A DNA stretch of 64,000 nucleotides from Candidatus Latescibacterota bacterium (GTDB lineage Bacteria; Latescibacterota; UBA2968), in contig OZ242195.1 in assembly GCA_965205975.1 (NCBI GenBank), positions 5,152,001-5,216,000 on the forward strand, read 5' to 3'. Both the position numbers and the translations under genes were made by a program. Positions 28,641 to 38,493 of the stretch are shown here, in pieces. Below the pieces are notes generated by a model that worked only from the letters and a program-made list of their open reading frames with translations, was not told the DNA's origin and searched no databases. Positions within the stretch are counted from its first letter, which is position 1; each line of letters starts with the position of its first letter.

Positions 28641-30173
28641 ATGTCAAATGTTCTTCTCGATAAACCCGATCTCGAATCCCATTTTAAAGCGCTTGGCTTT
28701 GACAGGGTGCTCGCTTATAGACTCTGGTGTTACCGCAATGGATTGGATACCGGTCTGGATAAAACCGCTGCTCAACGTCAGGCGGAAATTGATCTTTTGC
28801 AACGCGAGGTTGAGCAGCGCGATCCCGATGTTAGCCCGAGGCACAATGCCCACCGCGCCAAATTTATTGCCCGTATCTTTAAAGGCGAGCTTCAGGACGA
28901 GACTGTCTCCGATTTGCTCTTTCGCATTCGCGCGATTTACAATAATCTCGATGGTGATCCCGACGCGCAACGAGCATTGGGTCGCCTTGTTCTGCACGTT
29001 GAAAAATACGGCGATTTGATGCGGCCCGCACGCGCCTGCAAGCGTTTTGGCCATACGGTTGTCAATACCTATATCGCCGCTCTTGAGCAACTCGCGCGCA
29101 ATCACTCGGACTGGATTCGTCCCGTTGAGGATTGGCGACCTAATAGCTATAAACCAGCGCACCAATTCTATAGCCTTGCGCGTCATCTTCTGGCACAATA
29201 CGATGTGCCCGCATTTTTTGATACGGCATTTTTGCAGGGCAATACACCAAAGGCGCGACAGGAACAAGCGTGGTTCATTCACGTTGGCATGGGGCAAAAT
29301 ATCCGTACAGCCGGTGTGCCTATGCGGATTACAAAGCGCATGGCGCATTTGCTTTTGCAAGAAAAACGCGGTTATCACACGGTTGTTCAGTGTCTTCGCA
29401 AGGTTCAGTACATAGCTTATGGCGGCAATCCGAAAAGTGCCTGGGAAATTGCCCATGGGCCGCTGGGGGAAGGATTCGAGAACGAAGATTTTTGGGAGAC
29501 TGTTGTCCATTTTCTCGCCAATCAGGCTTTTCTCGAACGCAGCTATATCAATCCCATCATAGACTATATCCGCAATCAAAAATTCACGCCTCAGCGCATG
29601 CCACAACCCGATGGCACGGAGATCGAAGGTCCGCCGCTACATCCCAACTTTTGCATGAAGGGCCGCAGTATTAACAAACTGCTCCGCCAGGTGGATCAAT
29701 GGCATCAAGAGCTTACGGGTTTGGAGGATGTCGAGCTGGAAATCTGGGCGTCTTCTGGATTCAGGGAGTTTGAACATGTGACACTGGACCCCAAGCTCAA
29801 ACGCAATGTCCAGTGGACGGTTCACGAACTCATTACTTCTCAACAACTCTACGCCGAGGGGCGCATTATGCATCACTGCGCGGGGTCTTATGCCAAACGC
29901 TGTGCGGCGGGTGAGCGTTCTCTCTGGTCTTTGCGTGCGCTCGATCTCGACGCTGCCGAAGAGAATCAGATGCAGGAACATGTGCTTACCATTGAGGTCG
30001 ATAATAAGAAAAAATCCGTCGTTCAAAACGCCGGCAAATTCAATCTCAAACCCTTTGGCAAAAAACATCTCGCCAAACAACGCCAAACGGGGAATGTCTA
30101 TCTCCATCTCCTCCGCGAGGCACCGACGATTATGCGTCTGTGGATGAACCGCGAAGGGTTGTCCCATGGATAG
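28641..30173 (+). CDS. PcfJ-like domain protein
   Basis: LARHLLAQYDVPAFFD, IIDYI, F.MKGRS...L...V..WH, ELITSQQLYAEGRIMHHCAGSY, LTIEV. Confidence 0.8.
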   Translation: MSNVLLDKPDLESHFKALGFDRVLAYRLWCYRNGLDTGLDKTAAQRQAEIDLLQREVEQRDPDVSPRHNAHRAKFIARIFKGELQDETVSDLLFRIRAIYNNLDGDPDAQRALGRLVLHVEKYGDLMRPARACKRFGHTVVNTYIAALEQLARNHSDWIRPVEDWRPNSYKPAHQFYSLARHLLAQYDVPAFFDTAFLQGNTPKARQEQAWFIHVGMGQNIRTAGVPMRITKRMAHLLLQEKRGYHTVVQCLRKVQYIAYGGNPKSAWEIAHGPLGEGFENEDFWETVVHFLANQAFLERSYINPIIDYIRNQKFTPQRMPQPDGTEIEGPPLHPNFCMKGRSINKLLRQVDQWHQELTGLEDVELEIWASSGFREFEHVTLDPKLKRNVQWTVHELITSQQLYAEGRIMHHCAGSYAKRCAAGERSLWSLRALDLDAAEENQMQEHVLTIEVDNKKKSVVQNAGKFNLKPFGKKHLAKQRQTGNVYLHLLREAPTIMRLWMNREGLSHG

Positions 30174-31212
30174 TACTGCGATAGCCGGTCACGCGTTTCC
30201 CTTTGTCGAAGTTTCTGGTACGGCGTACGATATGGGTTATCAACACGGCAAACAGGCCGCGGGTCTCGTGCATAAATATCTCGTGTGGATTGATAAACTC
30301 ACGGGCAAATCTCGCGATGAACTCTGTCAAAGTGCGCGTGCTTTTCATCCTTTAATTAAAAATTTGAGTCCGCTGCTTATGGAAGAGATTCGCGGGCTGG
30401 CCGATGGTGCGGGTATTTCTTTTGATGAGGCGCTTTTGTGTCAGGCGCGGGGCGAGGCCGCCAGTGTTCCGCCCGAGGGGTGTACGGCGTTCGCGCTTAC
30501 GGGTTCTGCGACTGCCGATGGGTATCCCCTGGCTGGTCAAAATCAGGATCTCGCGGTCGAATACGCCGATGTCGCCATTCTTTTGCATGTCTGTCCTTCT
30601 GATGGTCGGCCCCGTGCTCTGATCTTCACTTTTGCCGGACAGTTGGGTTATTCGGGTATGAATCAGTACGGTCTGGCTCATTTTGCCAATGCGCTCTACG
30701 ATTGCCCCTGGCAGATGGGTTTGCCTCACTATCCGCTCAAACGCATTATGCTGGAGCAGAAGGGGCTGGATACCTGTCTTCGGATTCTCAGACGGCATCC
30801 TACCTGTTCGGCCGGGAATATGGTTTTTTGTTTTGGCGATGGGCAAATTGCCGATCTGGAAATCCGTCCCGAAGGCGTGATGCAATTTACCGATACACAT
30901 CCCGATGCGATTGTTCATGCCAATCACTATCTCACCCCCGAATTTGCACCCTGTGAGACCAATAGTCTCGCCGATTCCTGTCCCCGACGCGATAGGATGC
31001 GCGATCTGGTTAAAGAACACTGGGGCGATATCACGGTGGATACGATGAAGGCCATTCTCTCGGATCACGATGGCGATCCCGCGGCGATATGCCGCCACGG
31101 TGCTGTAGATATGTTTTCTATTTCGGGTTATATCGCCGAACCCGCAAAGGGGTTGCTCCACGTGAGACGCGGACTGGGCTGCACGGGAACGTGGACGGCT
31201 TATGAGGTGTAG
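30166..31212 (+). CDS. Peptidase C45 family Ntn-hydrolase (acyl-CoA:6-APA acyltransferase-like)
   Basis: EVSGTAYDMGYQHG, EEIRGLADGAG, EG/CTAFA autoprocessing site, GQNQD, GMNQYGL, HANHY. Confidence 0.87.
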   Translation: MDSTAIAGHAFPFVEVSGTAYDMGYQHGKQAAGLVHKYLVWIDKLTGKSRDELCQSARAFHPLIKNLSPLLMEEIRGLADGAGISFDEALLCQARGEAASVPPEGCTAFALTGSATADGYPLAGQNQDLAVEYADVAILLHVCPSDGRPRALIFTFAGQLGYSGMNQYGLAHFANALYDCPWQMGLPHYPLKRIMLEQKGLDTCLRILRRHPTCSAGNMVFCFGDGQIADLEIRPEGVMQFTDTHPDAIVHANHYLTPEFAPCETNSLADSCPRRDRMRDLVKEHWGDITVDTMKAILSDHDGDPAAICRHGAVDMFSISGYIAEPAKGLLHVRRGLGCTGTWTAYEV

Positions 31213-31244
31213 TGTTTTTTCAGGGGGTCCAGGTTTTGGCGCGT

Positions 31245-31337
31245 TCAGGCAATGAAGAAATTGGTGCCAGTGCCTTCGGTGATAAAGCCGCGTTCGTCGG
31301 TGAGGAGGGCGTTGGCACCTTTTTTGATATTTTTTTG
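31245..31337 (-). pseudogene. Internal fragment of a class IV (branched-chain/D-amino acid) aminotransferase
   Basis: Minus strand reads ...KKGANALLTDERGFITEGTGTNFFIA*, the class IV PLP signature segment, with no flanking gene body. Confidence 0.65.
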
Positions 31338-31781
31338 TTGCAGTATGTGGGGACGGGGATTACGACGGCGTTTGCGCTTCAGTTGGGCGCGGTGATGCCG
31401 ACAGCGACGCTGCCGGGGGTGACGGCGAGTCATTCTTATGAGGACGATTTGATTGTGGATGCACATTCGGTACAGCGCGGGTTTATGAAGGTTCCAGAGG
31501 GACCTGGTCTGGGCGTGGTGCTGGATGAGGATGCCGTGGCGAAGTATCGGGAGACACCTGCTGTGGAATGGCCCCGGCATGTTTCGGTGGTAACGCTGCC
31601 GGGTGGTATCAAACATTTTTATAAAAATTTGCAGCAGGCAGAGCGGCTGATGAAACAGGGGGTGGATGAGTCGTTTGCGCCGGGCGTGCGCCTGGATGAG
31701 TGGGAGGACGATGGGAGCGAGGAATTTGACAGGCTGTGGACCCAATTGCAGGCGCAGGATGCGCCGATTTGGGACGAGTGA
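31338..31781 (+). pseudogene. C-terminal fragment of a mandelate racemase/enolase-superfamily gene
   Basis: LQYVGTGITTAFALQLGAV...VPEGPGLGVVLDEDAV aligns by eye with the C-terminal third of the intact paralog at 52002-53240; N-terminal two-thirds absent. Confidence 0.75.
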
Positions 31782-31783
31782 AG

Positions 31784-33331
31784 ATGAGATGGTTTTTAAC
31801 AGTATTGTTGCTGTGGCCCCTGTGTGGGCAGACCGAGGAGAGAATATTGATGCAGGTTACGACGACGATTGATTTTGGCAAAGATGTGGGGCAGAACTGG
31901 GGTACGCTGTTTGAGGCGCGAGATTCAGAGGGCCGCACAGTTTTGGGCGCGGGGTTTACAGGTGTTTATAATACGGCGTTTCGCATGGATCGATATACGT
32001 TACAGTTTTTTGTGCGGGATGATGAAGCAGAGATGAATTTTGAGACGTTGCCAGCCTCGACGGAGGATGGGGGGAGTTATTTGTTCGATCTGGATGGCCG
32101 GGTGTACGCGTGTAGCTACCATCAGGATCGGACTGCGAGAGCGTGGGACAATGTAGCAGGTGCCTGGCGGGTGGATGAGAGTTTTGGCGTGGGTGAGATG
32201 GTGAGTGGCGAGGGCAAGATGCGGGTTGGGGGGAAGGTGCTTCAGTTTAAGGGGGGTGAGGCGTGGTGTGATGGGGAGCGGGTTCTCTCCAAACCGGTGT
32301 CGGGATATTATCATCATTTTTATTACGCGCTGGGGTATTTGACGTTTTTCTATAAGAACGAGGAGGTGGGACAGCCGTACACGAGATTGTACGCGGTGCC
32401 CTATGTGCCGGGAGATGGGGCGGTTGATCTGGAGAAGGCAGTGGTGCTCGATCTGAAGTATGATCGGGAGACGCCGTTTGCCATTGGGCAACTGGGGAAT
32501 GAGATTGTAAATTCGTCCAATATGGGCGGGATATATGCGTTTGACGGGTCGAGGTGGAAGGTGTTGCGCGCATCATTGGAGGGGGTGAGTTTTCAGCTTT
32601 ATTCGATGCTGAACTGGTATGATAAGCTGTTGATGGCGCAGTATCCAACGGGCAATTTGTTTATTTACGATGGGGCGGAGGTTCGCCATATAGAGGATTG
32701 GCCGCCTGTGATGCCGGGTGTGTCGGATAGGGTGCGAGAGGCGCAAACAACGGGGTTTTACGGCGGGGATCTCTATGTGGGCGTTTGGCCGTGGTCCGAG
32801 TTGTGGCGGTACGATGCGTACAGGGATCACTGGCAGTTTGTGAAGCGGATGTTCCGACGTCCGTCAATTACGGATGAGATGAATCACCCGTGGGAAGATC
32901 GGGTTGTGGCGTATAATGAAGATCACGATGGCGATATCGTGATCAATGAGTGGGGGCAGCGCGTGACGGGGTTGGCTCCGATGGGGGACGCGCTCTATCT
33001 TTCCGTGAGTGCCAAGGGGTGCCCCGAGCGCGATATGCGGCTTGCGTTTTTGCACGATGACGAGGTGTGGAATGAGTACCGCGTGGTGCATCGGTTGAAA
33101 AAGCCGGGTCATGTTTCTGTTCCGGTTGCGTGGCGCGAAGAGCCGACGACGCTGTTGTTCACAGTTGGCGAGGCGGAGATCAGTATCAGGCAGGATGGGA
33201 AACTTCTGGGGACGGCACCCGTGCGACGGGAACAGGCGGAGCGGGTGGTGAGGGATGCTGAGGTTCAGTGGGAATACGGGATGTATGGACCGCTGCGAGC
33301 GGGGTTGCTGTCAAAGAGGGTGGAACGGTAG
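31784..33331 (+). CDS. Exported hypothetical protein, probable beta-propeller
   Basis: Signal-peptide-like N-terminus; repeated G.IYAFDG..W, GNLFIYDG, LYVGVWP..ELWRYD blades. Confidence 0.7.
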   Translation: MRWFLTVLLLWPLCGQTEERILMQVTTTIDFGKDVGQNWGTLFEARDSEGRTVLGAGFTGVYNTAFRMDRYTLQFFVRDDEAEMNFETLPASTEDGGSYLFDLDGRVYACSYHQDRTARAWDNVAGAWRVDESFGVGEMVSGEGKMRVGGKVLQFKGGEAWCDGERVLSKPVSGYYHHFYYALGYLTFFYKNEEVGQPYTRLYAVPYVPGDGAVDLEKAVVLDLKYDRETPFAIGQLGNEIVNSSNMGGIYAFDGSRWKVLRASLEGVSFQLYSMLNWYDKLLMAQYPTGNLFIYDGAEVRHIEDWPPVMPGVSDRVREAQTTGFYGGDLYVGVWPWSELWRYDAYRDHWQFVKRMFRRPSITDEMNHPWEDRVVAYNEDHDGDIVINEWGQRVTGLAPMGDALYLSVSAKGCPERDMRLAFLHDDEVWNEYRVVHRLKKPGHVSVPVAWREEPTTLLFTVGEAEISIRQDGKLLGTAPVRREQAERVVRDAEVQWEYGMYGPLRAGLLSKRVER

Positions 33332-33381
33332 TTCGTGCAGGGACGGCCATTTGCACACATATTCTAATTCTGGAGGGACTC

Positions 33382-34431
33382 ATGGCTGTTACACGGGAGG
33401 ATTTGCAGGCTGCTATCGATCGGTTTCCGCGTACGGAATTGGCGGATTTGCCGACGCGGTTGGACGATTGTCCGCGGTTTTCAGAGGCGCTGGGTGGGAA
33501 GGTTCGGGTGATGGTGAAGCGGGATGATTTGACAGGGCTGGCTTTTGGCGGGAATAAGACGCGAAAGTTTGATCTGGCGCTGGGAGATGCGGTGGCGCAA
33601 GGGGCTACGGCGTTGATCACGGGCGCGGCGTCACAGTCGAATCACGCGCGGCAGGCGGCGGCAGCGGCTGCCAGGCTGGGGATGAAGTGCGTGCTGGTGA
33701 ATCGGCACGATCACCGCAGCCAGATGGGTATTCAGGGCAATCAGTTGCTGGATAATATTCTGGGGGCGGATGTGCGGCTGGTGGTGGATGGCGTGAATCA
33801 GAATGAGGTGAAGGAACGGGTTGCGGAGGACCTGACGGCGCAGGGAGAGAAGCCCTATCTGATCGGGCAGCGCGCGGTGGTGCTGGGTACGGTGGCTTAT
33901 GTGGGCTGTGTGCTGGAGGTTGTGGCGCAGCTTGAAGCGATGGATGCACGGGCGGATTTTGTCTGTACTGCATCCGGGCACGGGACACATGCGGGGCTGG
34001 CTTTGGGGGTGAAAGCGCTGGGGTTGCCGATTCAGACGCAGGGGTTTTCGCCGAGCAAGGGGGATGAGGCGCAGCGGAGGGCGAGGCTGGCGGAGGTGGG
34101 CAACGAGGCGGCAGAGCTTTTGGGGCTGGATGTTCGATTGTGGGCAGAGGAGTTGGAGAATACAGATGCGTACGTGGGTGAGAATTATGGGATTGTGACG
34201 GAGGCGGGATTAAATGCACTGCATTTGCTGGCGCGGACAGAGGGGATTTTGCTCGATCCAGTATATACGAGTAAGGCGATGTCGGGGGTGATTGACCGGA
34301 TTCAGACGGGGGAGATTCCAGAGGGATCTACAGTGGTGTACGTTCATACGGGTGGGAATCCAGCACTGTTCGCGTATGCGCCAGAGTTGATTTCACATGG
34401 AGATTATCGGCAAAATCTCGTGACGAGTTGA
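33382..34431 (+). CDS. D-cysteine desulfhydrase/ACC deaminase family PLP enzyme
   Basis: KRDDLTGLAFGGNKTRK, QSNHAR, EGILLDPVYTSKAM, HTGG; ATG 33382 after GGAGG. Confidence 0.92.
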   Translation: MAVTREDLQAAIDRFPRTELADLPTRLDDCPRFSEALGGKVRVMVKRDDLTGLAFGGNKTRKFDLALGDAVAQGATALITGAASQSNHARQAAAAAARLGMKCVLVNRHDHRSQMGIQGNQLLDNILGADVRLVVDGVNQNEVKERVAEDLTAQGEKPYLIGQRAVVLGTVAYVGCVLEVVAQLEAMDARADFVCTASGHGTHAGLALGVKALGLPIQTQGFSPSKGDEAQRRARLAEVGNEAAELLGLDVRLWAEELENTDAYVGENYGIVTEAGLNALHLLARTEGILLDPVYTSKAMSGVIDRIQTGEIPEGSTVVYVHTGGNPALFAYAPELISHGDYRQNLVTS

Positions 34432-34458
34432 GGGAGGCTCTGGGACTGGAGGCGAATT

Positions 34459-34782
34459 ATGAGCAAGAAAATTGAATTTGAAAAGAGTTCGGGCAATGTG
34501 TTCAGAGACCTGGACTTGCCAGATGCGGAAGAATTATTTGTCAAGGCAACGCTTGGATTTGAAGTGTTTCAGATTATAGAAGAGCAGAAGCTGACGCAGA
34601 CAGAGGCATCGGACATTTTAGGCGTGAAGCAACCTGAAATATCCCGGTTAAAGAATGGGAATTTTAATCATTACAGCGTTGCGCGATTAATGACATTCCT
34701 CAACCGGCTAAATCGCGATATTGAGATCCGCATTATTCCTTCAAAAGATAGAAAGGGACAACAGCGAGTCGTTGCTGTTTAG
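34459..34782 (+). CDS. XRE-family HTH protein (HigA2/HTH_37-like antitoxin), no adjacent toxin
   Basis: SSGNVFRDLDLPDAEE, LTQTEASDILGVKQPEISRL, YSVARL. Confidence 0.85.
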   Translation: MSKKIEFEKSSGNVFRDLDLPDAEELFVKATLGFEVFQIIEEQKLTQTEASDILGVKQPEISRLKNGNFNHYSVARLMTFLNRLNRDIEIRIIPSKDRKGQQRVVAV

Positions 34783-35091
34783 TCCCTGATTCGACACGGG
34801 CGTATCTTTTACTCTAAGCCTAATATCCATTCTAATATCAATAGCATTTATATAAGCCAGGAGGTCTCGAAAGTGGACATTCTGGATTTCTGACATTTCA
34901 AAGGCTAAAACCTGGTCTTCTGTCCATCCGAGAATGTTGGCGATATCTTCTTCTGTGCGCCCGGAATCAATCCGGAGAATCTGCAACTGTCTTAACATCT
35001 CAGAGCACCTTTTCCATTGCTCAAATTCGCGAGCAGCATCCTCTCCAACCGCCTCGTTCCATTCTTTTTGGAAAGTTTCATAATCAACCAT
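34741..35091 (-). CDS. HTH-domain protein (XRE-like)
   Basis: LRIDSGRTEEDIANILGWTEDQVLAFE...LLAYINAID; convergent overlap with the neighbouring HTH gene. Confidence 0.6.
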   Translation of the reverse strand: MVDYETFQKEWNEAVGEDAAREFEQWKRCSEMLRQLQILRIDSGRTEEDIANILGWTEDQVLAFEMSEIQNVHFRDLLAYINAIDIRMDIRLRVKDTPVSNQGLNSNDSLLSLSIF

Positions 35092-35136
35092 TGATAGCAC
35101 TCCCTCTAAGCACTTTTCTTCGATGTTCGCTTATGG

Positions 35137-35439
35137 TCATAGACCAAAAACCTTTTTTATGAATTGACGCCGTTCTTCTTGATATAGAGAAACACTGTCT
35201 TCGTATTTTTCAATGTCCTGGAGAATGTCACGTACAATTACAGCTAAATCGCTCAGTGCGTCTTCCCAGCTGTCATTGCTACCGCCGATAATATTGGGGC
35301 AGTCCTCAAAAAAGATTGCCCATGATCCGTCTGCAAATTCTTCAAAAACAGTAACGCACGTCTGACCGGGAAATGGTAAGTCAACGCTAATCGTTTTTGT
35401 TTTATCAAGCATTTTCCAATCCAAATTGGGCAATCTCAC
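35137..35439 (-). CDS. HicB-like small protein
   Basis: EEFADGSWAIFFEDCPNIIGGSNDSWEDALSDL resembles the HicB N-terminal fold; start uncertain. Confidence 0.5.
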   Translation of the reverse strand: MRLPNLDWKMLDKTKTISVDLPFPGQTCVTVFEEFADGSWAIFFEDCPNIIGGSNDSWEDALSDLAVIVRDILQDIEKYEDSVSLYQEERRQFIKKVFGL

Positions 35440-35474
35440 AAGGCCTGTAAATTTGTATTGGGTTTGTCTGTTTC

Positions 35475-36170
35475 TTATTGGTAGATACCATCGATAAGCG
35501 TCTTTCCAAATTCTGCGACAAACAAAAGAAAATCGCTAATACTTATTGTTCCATCAAAATCTAAATCGCCATGTTTCGCCCTGAAAAGAGAGTCTTGTAC
35601 CGCGGTAAAAATAGGAACTGTGCGGTTCGGGTCACTCCACACGCCCTTGTTTTGGGCCTTTGCTTCCTCTTGTGCTGATACGAACTCATTTCGCTTTTCG
35701 TATTCGTGTTCAACGTCTGCTACGCCATATCCCAGCCTTACCAATTCAAGGTTAAACAAAACGCCGTCCAAATACACGTAAACGAGCAACCTGTCGAAAG
35801 CGTCTTTTTGCTGGTGGTCAAAAGATAATGTTACTTTTTTTTCGTACAGTCTTTGTCGTGTGTATTCTTTCGCTTCAGGACCGTAAAAACCAACGGGTTC
35901 GAATGGGTGATTTGTCTCTGGCGTATCTACTCCTAACAAGCGCACGGTCACTGTGTATTCTAAATGCGTAACGTCTATTGTATCGCCGTCTTTCACGTCG
36001 GTTACTGTAAAATACACGTCGTCAAGGTCAACGCATCCAGAAGGCGCATGGCAATGGTAGGTGTTATTCGATGTGTCAAAATGACCGCCCTGTGAATCTT
36101 GCCCGCCTCCGTGGGCAATCGCTAATGAAGAAAAACAAAATAAGCTGCCAAATATCAAAACCTTTTTCAT
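35475..36170 (-). CDS. Secreted thermonuclease (SNase) with YHYH-like N-terminus and dockerin/EF-hand-like tail
   Basis: Signal peptide; HGGGQD..GGH....NTYHCH; DGDT, VRLLGVDTPE, D.FDRLLVYV, LVRLGYG; DLDFDGTISISDFLLFVAEFGK. Confidence 0.88.
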   Translation of the reverse strand: MKKVLIFGSLFCFSSLAIAHGGGQDSQGGHFDTSNNTYHCHAPSGCVDLDDVYFTVTDVKDGDTIDVTHLEYTVTVRLLGVDTPETNHPFEPVGFYGPEAKEYTRQRLYEKKVTLSFDHQQKDAFDRLLVYVYLDGVLFNLELVRLGYGVADVEHEYEKRNEFVSAQEEAKAQNKGVWSDPNRTVPIFTAVQDSLFRAKHGDLDFDGTISISDFLLFVAEFGKTLIDGIYQ

Positions 36171-36200
36171 GTTTCTACTCGCCTTTGAAAAATAGCAATT

Positions 36201-37727
36201 CTAAGCGTTTATTTCGCCTTTTAACCTCAGGCCGCGGGATACAAACACGCGCTCGAACAACTCAAATAGTCCCTGTACAATGAGCGCGAGCAATGCCGCG
36301 GGTACGGCGCCTTGTAAAATTAGACCGATATCGTCTAATCGAATCCCAGTTAAAATGGGTTGCCCATATCCCCCGGCGCCAATTAATGCGCCCAGAGTCG
36401 CTGTGCCCACATTGATCACAGCCGACGTTTTAATGCCCGCCAGGATTGACCGCGAGGCCATGGGTAGGGTTACCAATCGGAGTTGTGCCCAGTCGGACAA
36501 CCCCAATGCTGTAGCTGATTCTCGTATCCCCACTGGAATATCGTGCAGTCCCGCGTATGTGTTTCGCACTATGGGCAGCAAACTGTACAAAAATAGCGCG
36601 ACAATCGCAGGTGCCCCGCCAATACCCAATAACGGAATCATAAATACCAGCAGCGCCAGGGAGGGAATGGTCTGGATAATGCCCACCAATCCCAAAATAA
36701 TCTGTCCACCTCTTGCCCATCGGAATGCCACAATTCCCAGGGGAATTGACACTACAATCGCCCCGAAAAGAGAAATTCCCACCAGGGTCAAATGATCCCA
36801 TGTGTGCCGCCAGAATCGAGCGCCAGCAGTTTCTTGTTTTATTTTTACCTGTACATTGAGGTTCTCAGCCAGAAAATCAGCCGCTACCTGAGCTTCTGGC
36901 TTTTTCTCCAATTTGACCTGTGCATTCAGGACCATCATTTTTTTTTCTGAGATCAGCCCTTCTAATTTTAAAATTTCTCTCACCACTTGAGGTGCTCGAT
37001 CTATCAAATCTACCCGATAGACAATGACGGCATTGTAAATGGGGAAATGCTGCAGGTCATCCACCAGCGACCGCAACCCGTAATACTGAATCTCGGCATC
37101 TGTTGAATACATATCCATTACGTCAATTGTACCGCTCTCCAACCCGCGATAGGCCAGGTCGTGGTCCAATCCATTCACATTCTGATGCGGGAGCACATAC
37201 CGGTTCTGCAAACTCGGCCACCCATCTCCTCTGTCCATAAACTCATTGCCAAATCCCAACTTCAAGTCTGGGTGCTTCTTTAAATCCGAAATCGTCCGAA
37301 TCCCCAGTGCTTCAGCCCTTGTTTCCACCATGCCCAGTACGTATGTGTTGTTGAATCCCAAAGGGCGACTCATCACAAGGCCCATCTCCGCCAGCCGGGC
37401 GCGAATATCCGCTTCATTACGCAAATTTTCCCCCGCCAAAATCTCCCGACTCAGGGTACCTGTGTAATCCGGATAAAGATCAATATCGCCCGCAATCAAT
37501 GCATTCCACAACACCCGCGTTCCTCCCAACTCGCGCCGATGCGTAACCGATGCGTTTACACTGCGGCCGATATGAGATAGTACTTCACCCAAAATGACCG
37601 ACTCAGTGAACTTCTTTGATCCCACGACAATCTCTTGTGCCTGGGTTGAGGTACAGAACAAAAAGCAAAATAGAATACACAGGGCGGTGAACTTGGCTGA
37701 CGTTGTGGTGTTGGGCGTGCGCGTCAT
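36201..37727 (-). CDS. Osmoprotectant (glycine betaine/choline) ABC transporter, fused substrate-binding + permease
   Basis: VVGSKKFTES, YPDYTGT, GFNNTY; QTIPSLALL, GTATLGALIGAGGYG. Confidence 0.92.
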   Translation of the reverse strand: MTRTPNTTTSAKFTALCILFCFLFCTSTQAQEIVVGSKKFTESVILGEVLSHIGRSVNASVTHRRELGGTRVLWNALIAGDIDLYPDYTGTLSREILAGENLRNEADIRARLAEMGLVMSRPLGFNNTYVLGMVETRAEALGIRTISDLKKHPDLKLGFGNEFMDRGDGWPSLQNRYVLPHQNVNGLDHDLAYRGLESGTIDVMDMYSTDAEIQYYGLRSLVDDLQHFPIYNAVIVYRVDLIDRAPQVVREILKLEGLISEKKMMVLNAQVKLEKKPEAQVAADFLAENLNVQVKIKQETAGARFWRHTWDHLTLVGISLFGAIVVSIPLGIVAFRWARGGQIILGLVGIIQTIPSLALLVFMIPLLGIGGAPAIVALFLYSLLPIVRNTYAGLHDIPVGIRESATALGLSDWAQLRLVTLPMASRSILAGIKTSAVINVGTATLGALIGAGGYGQPILTGIRLDDIGLILQGAVPAALLALIVQGLFELFERVFVSRGLRLKGEINA

Positions 37728-38482
37728 TTCGCTATCTCTCCAGGTGCCATACTTTCCAACGGACTTCTCTGCGCATGAATAAACTGCGTCACAAATTCAT
37801 GCGCCGGGTTCTGTATCAGATTTTTCAAGCTTCCAATCTGAACGATCTTCCCTTCCCGCATCAACACAATCTGATCCCCGAAAAATCCCGCTTCGCCCAT
37901 ATCGTGTGTCACCATTACGACTGTTTTGCCCAATGTCTGAAAGATCGAACGCAAATCCGATTGCAAATCCGCCCGAATCATCGGATCCAGGGCACCGAGC
38001 GGTTCGTCTAATAGCAATACGTCGGGGTCCAGCATCAATGCCCGCATCAACCCCACGCGCTGTTGCTGTCCACCTGACAATTCCCCTGGAAATCGGTCCA
38101 ATCCATCTGCTGGAAAATGCGTTAAAGTTGCCAATGTCTCGATCCGAGAGTCGATCCGATCCTCTGCCCAACCCAGATAATTTGCCATCAACGCTACATT
38201 TTTTCGCGCTGTTAAATGCGGAAATAAGCCCCCCTCTTGTATCACATAACCCATCTTCTGCCGCAGCGACAACACATTTGCTGGCGTCAGGTCTTGTCCT
38301 GCATAAGTCACCGTGCCCTCGTCGGGCCAGATTAGTCCCACCATCAATCGAATTAAGGTTGATTTGCCACATCCACTCGGCCCAATTAATACCGTCGTCT
38401 GTTTAGCCTGTACGCTCAGGTCAACTTTGTGCAGCGCCTGCAAATCGCCAAATGTTTTCGATACACCTGTCACCTCAAACAT
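37724..38482 (-). CDS. Osmoprotectant ABC transporter ATP-binding protein
   Basis: GPSGCGKS, GYVIQEGGLFPH, LSGGQQQR, LLDEPLGALDP; ATG 38482 after GGAG. Confidence 0.92.
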   Translation of the reverse strand: MFEVTGVSKTFGDLQALHKVDLSVQAKQTTVLIGPSGCGKSTLIRLMVGLIWPDEGTVTYAGQDLTPANVLSLRQKMGYVIQEGGLFPHLTARKNVALMANYLGWAEDRIDSRIETLATLTHFPADGLDRFPGELSGGQQQRVGLMRALMLDPDVLLLDEPLGALDPMIRADLQSDLRSIFQTLGKTVVMVTHDMGEAGFFGDQIVLMREGKIVQIGSLKNLIQNPAHEFVTQFIHAQRSPLESMAPGEIAK

Positions 38483-38493
38483 AACGTCTCCGT

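Noticed and set aside
31212..31337. Treating 31212..31781 as an intact 189-aa protein
   Set aside because: The N-terminal part is antisense aminotransferase sequence and the enolase-family catalytic domain is missing
34459..36170. Prophage or IS interpretation of the AT-rich islet
   Set aside because: No integrase, transposase, structural gene or flanking direct repeats seen
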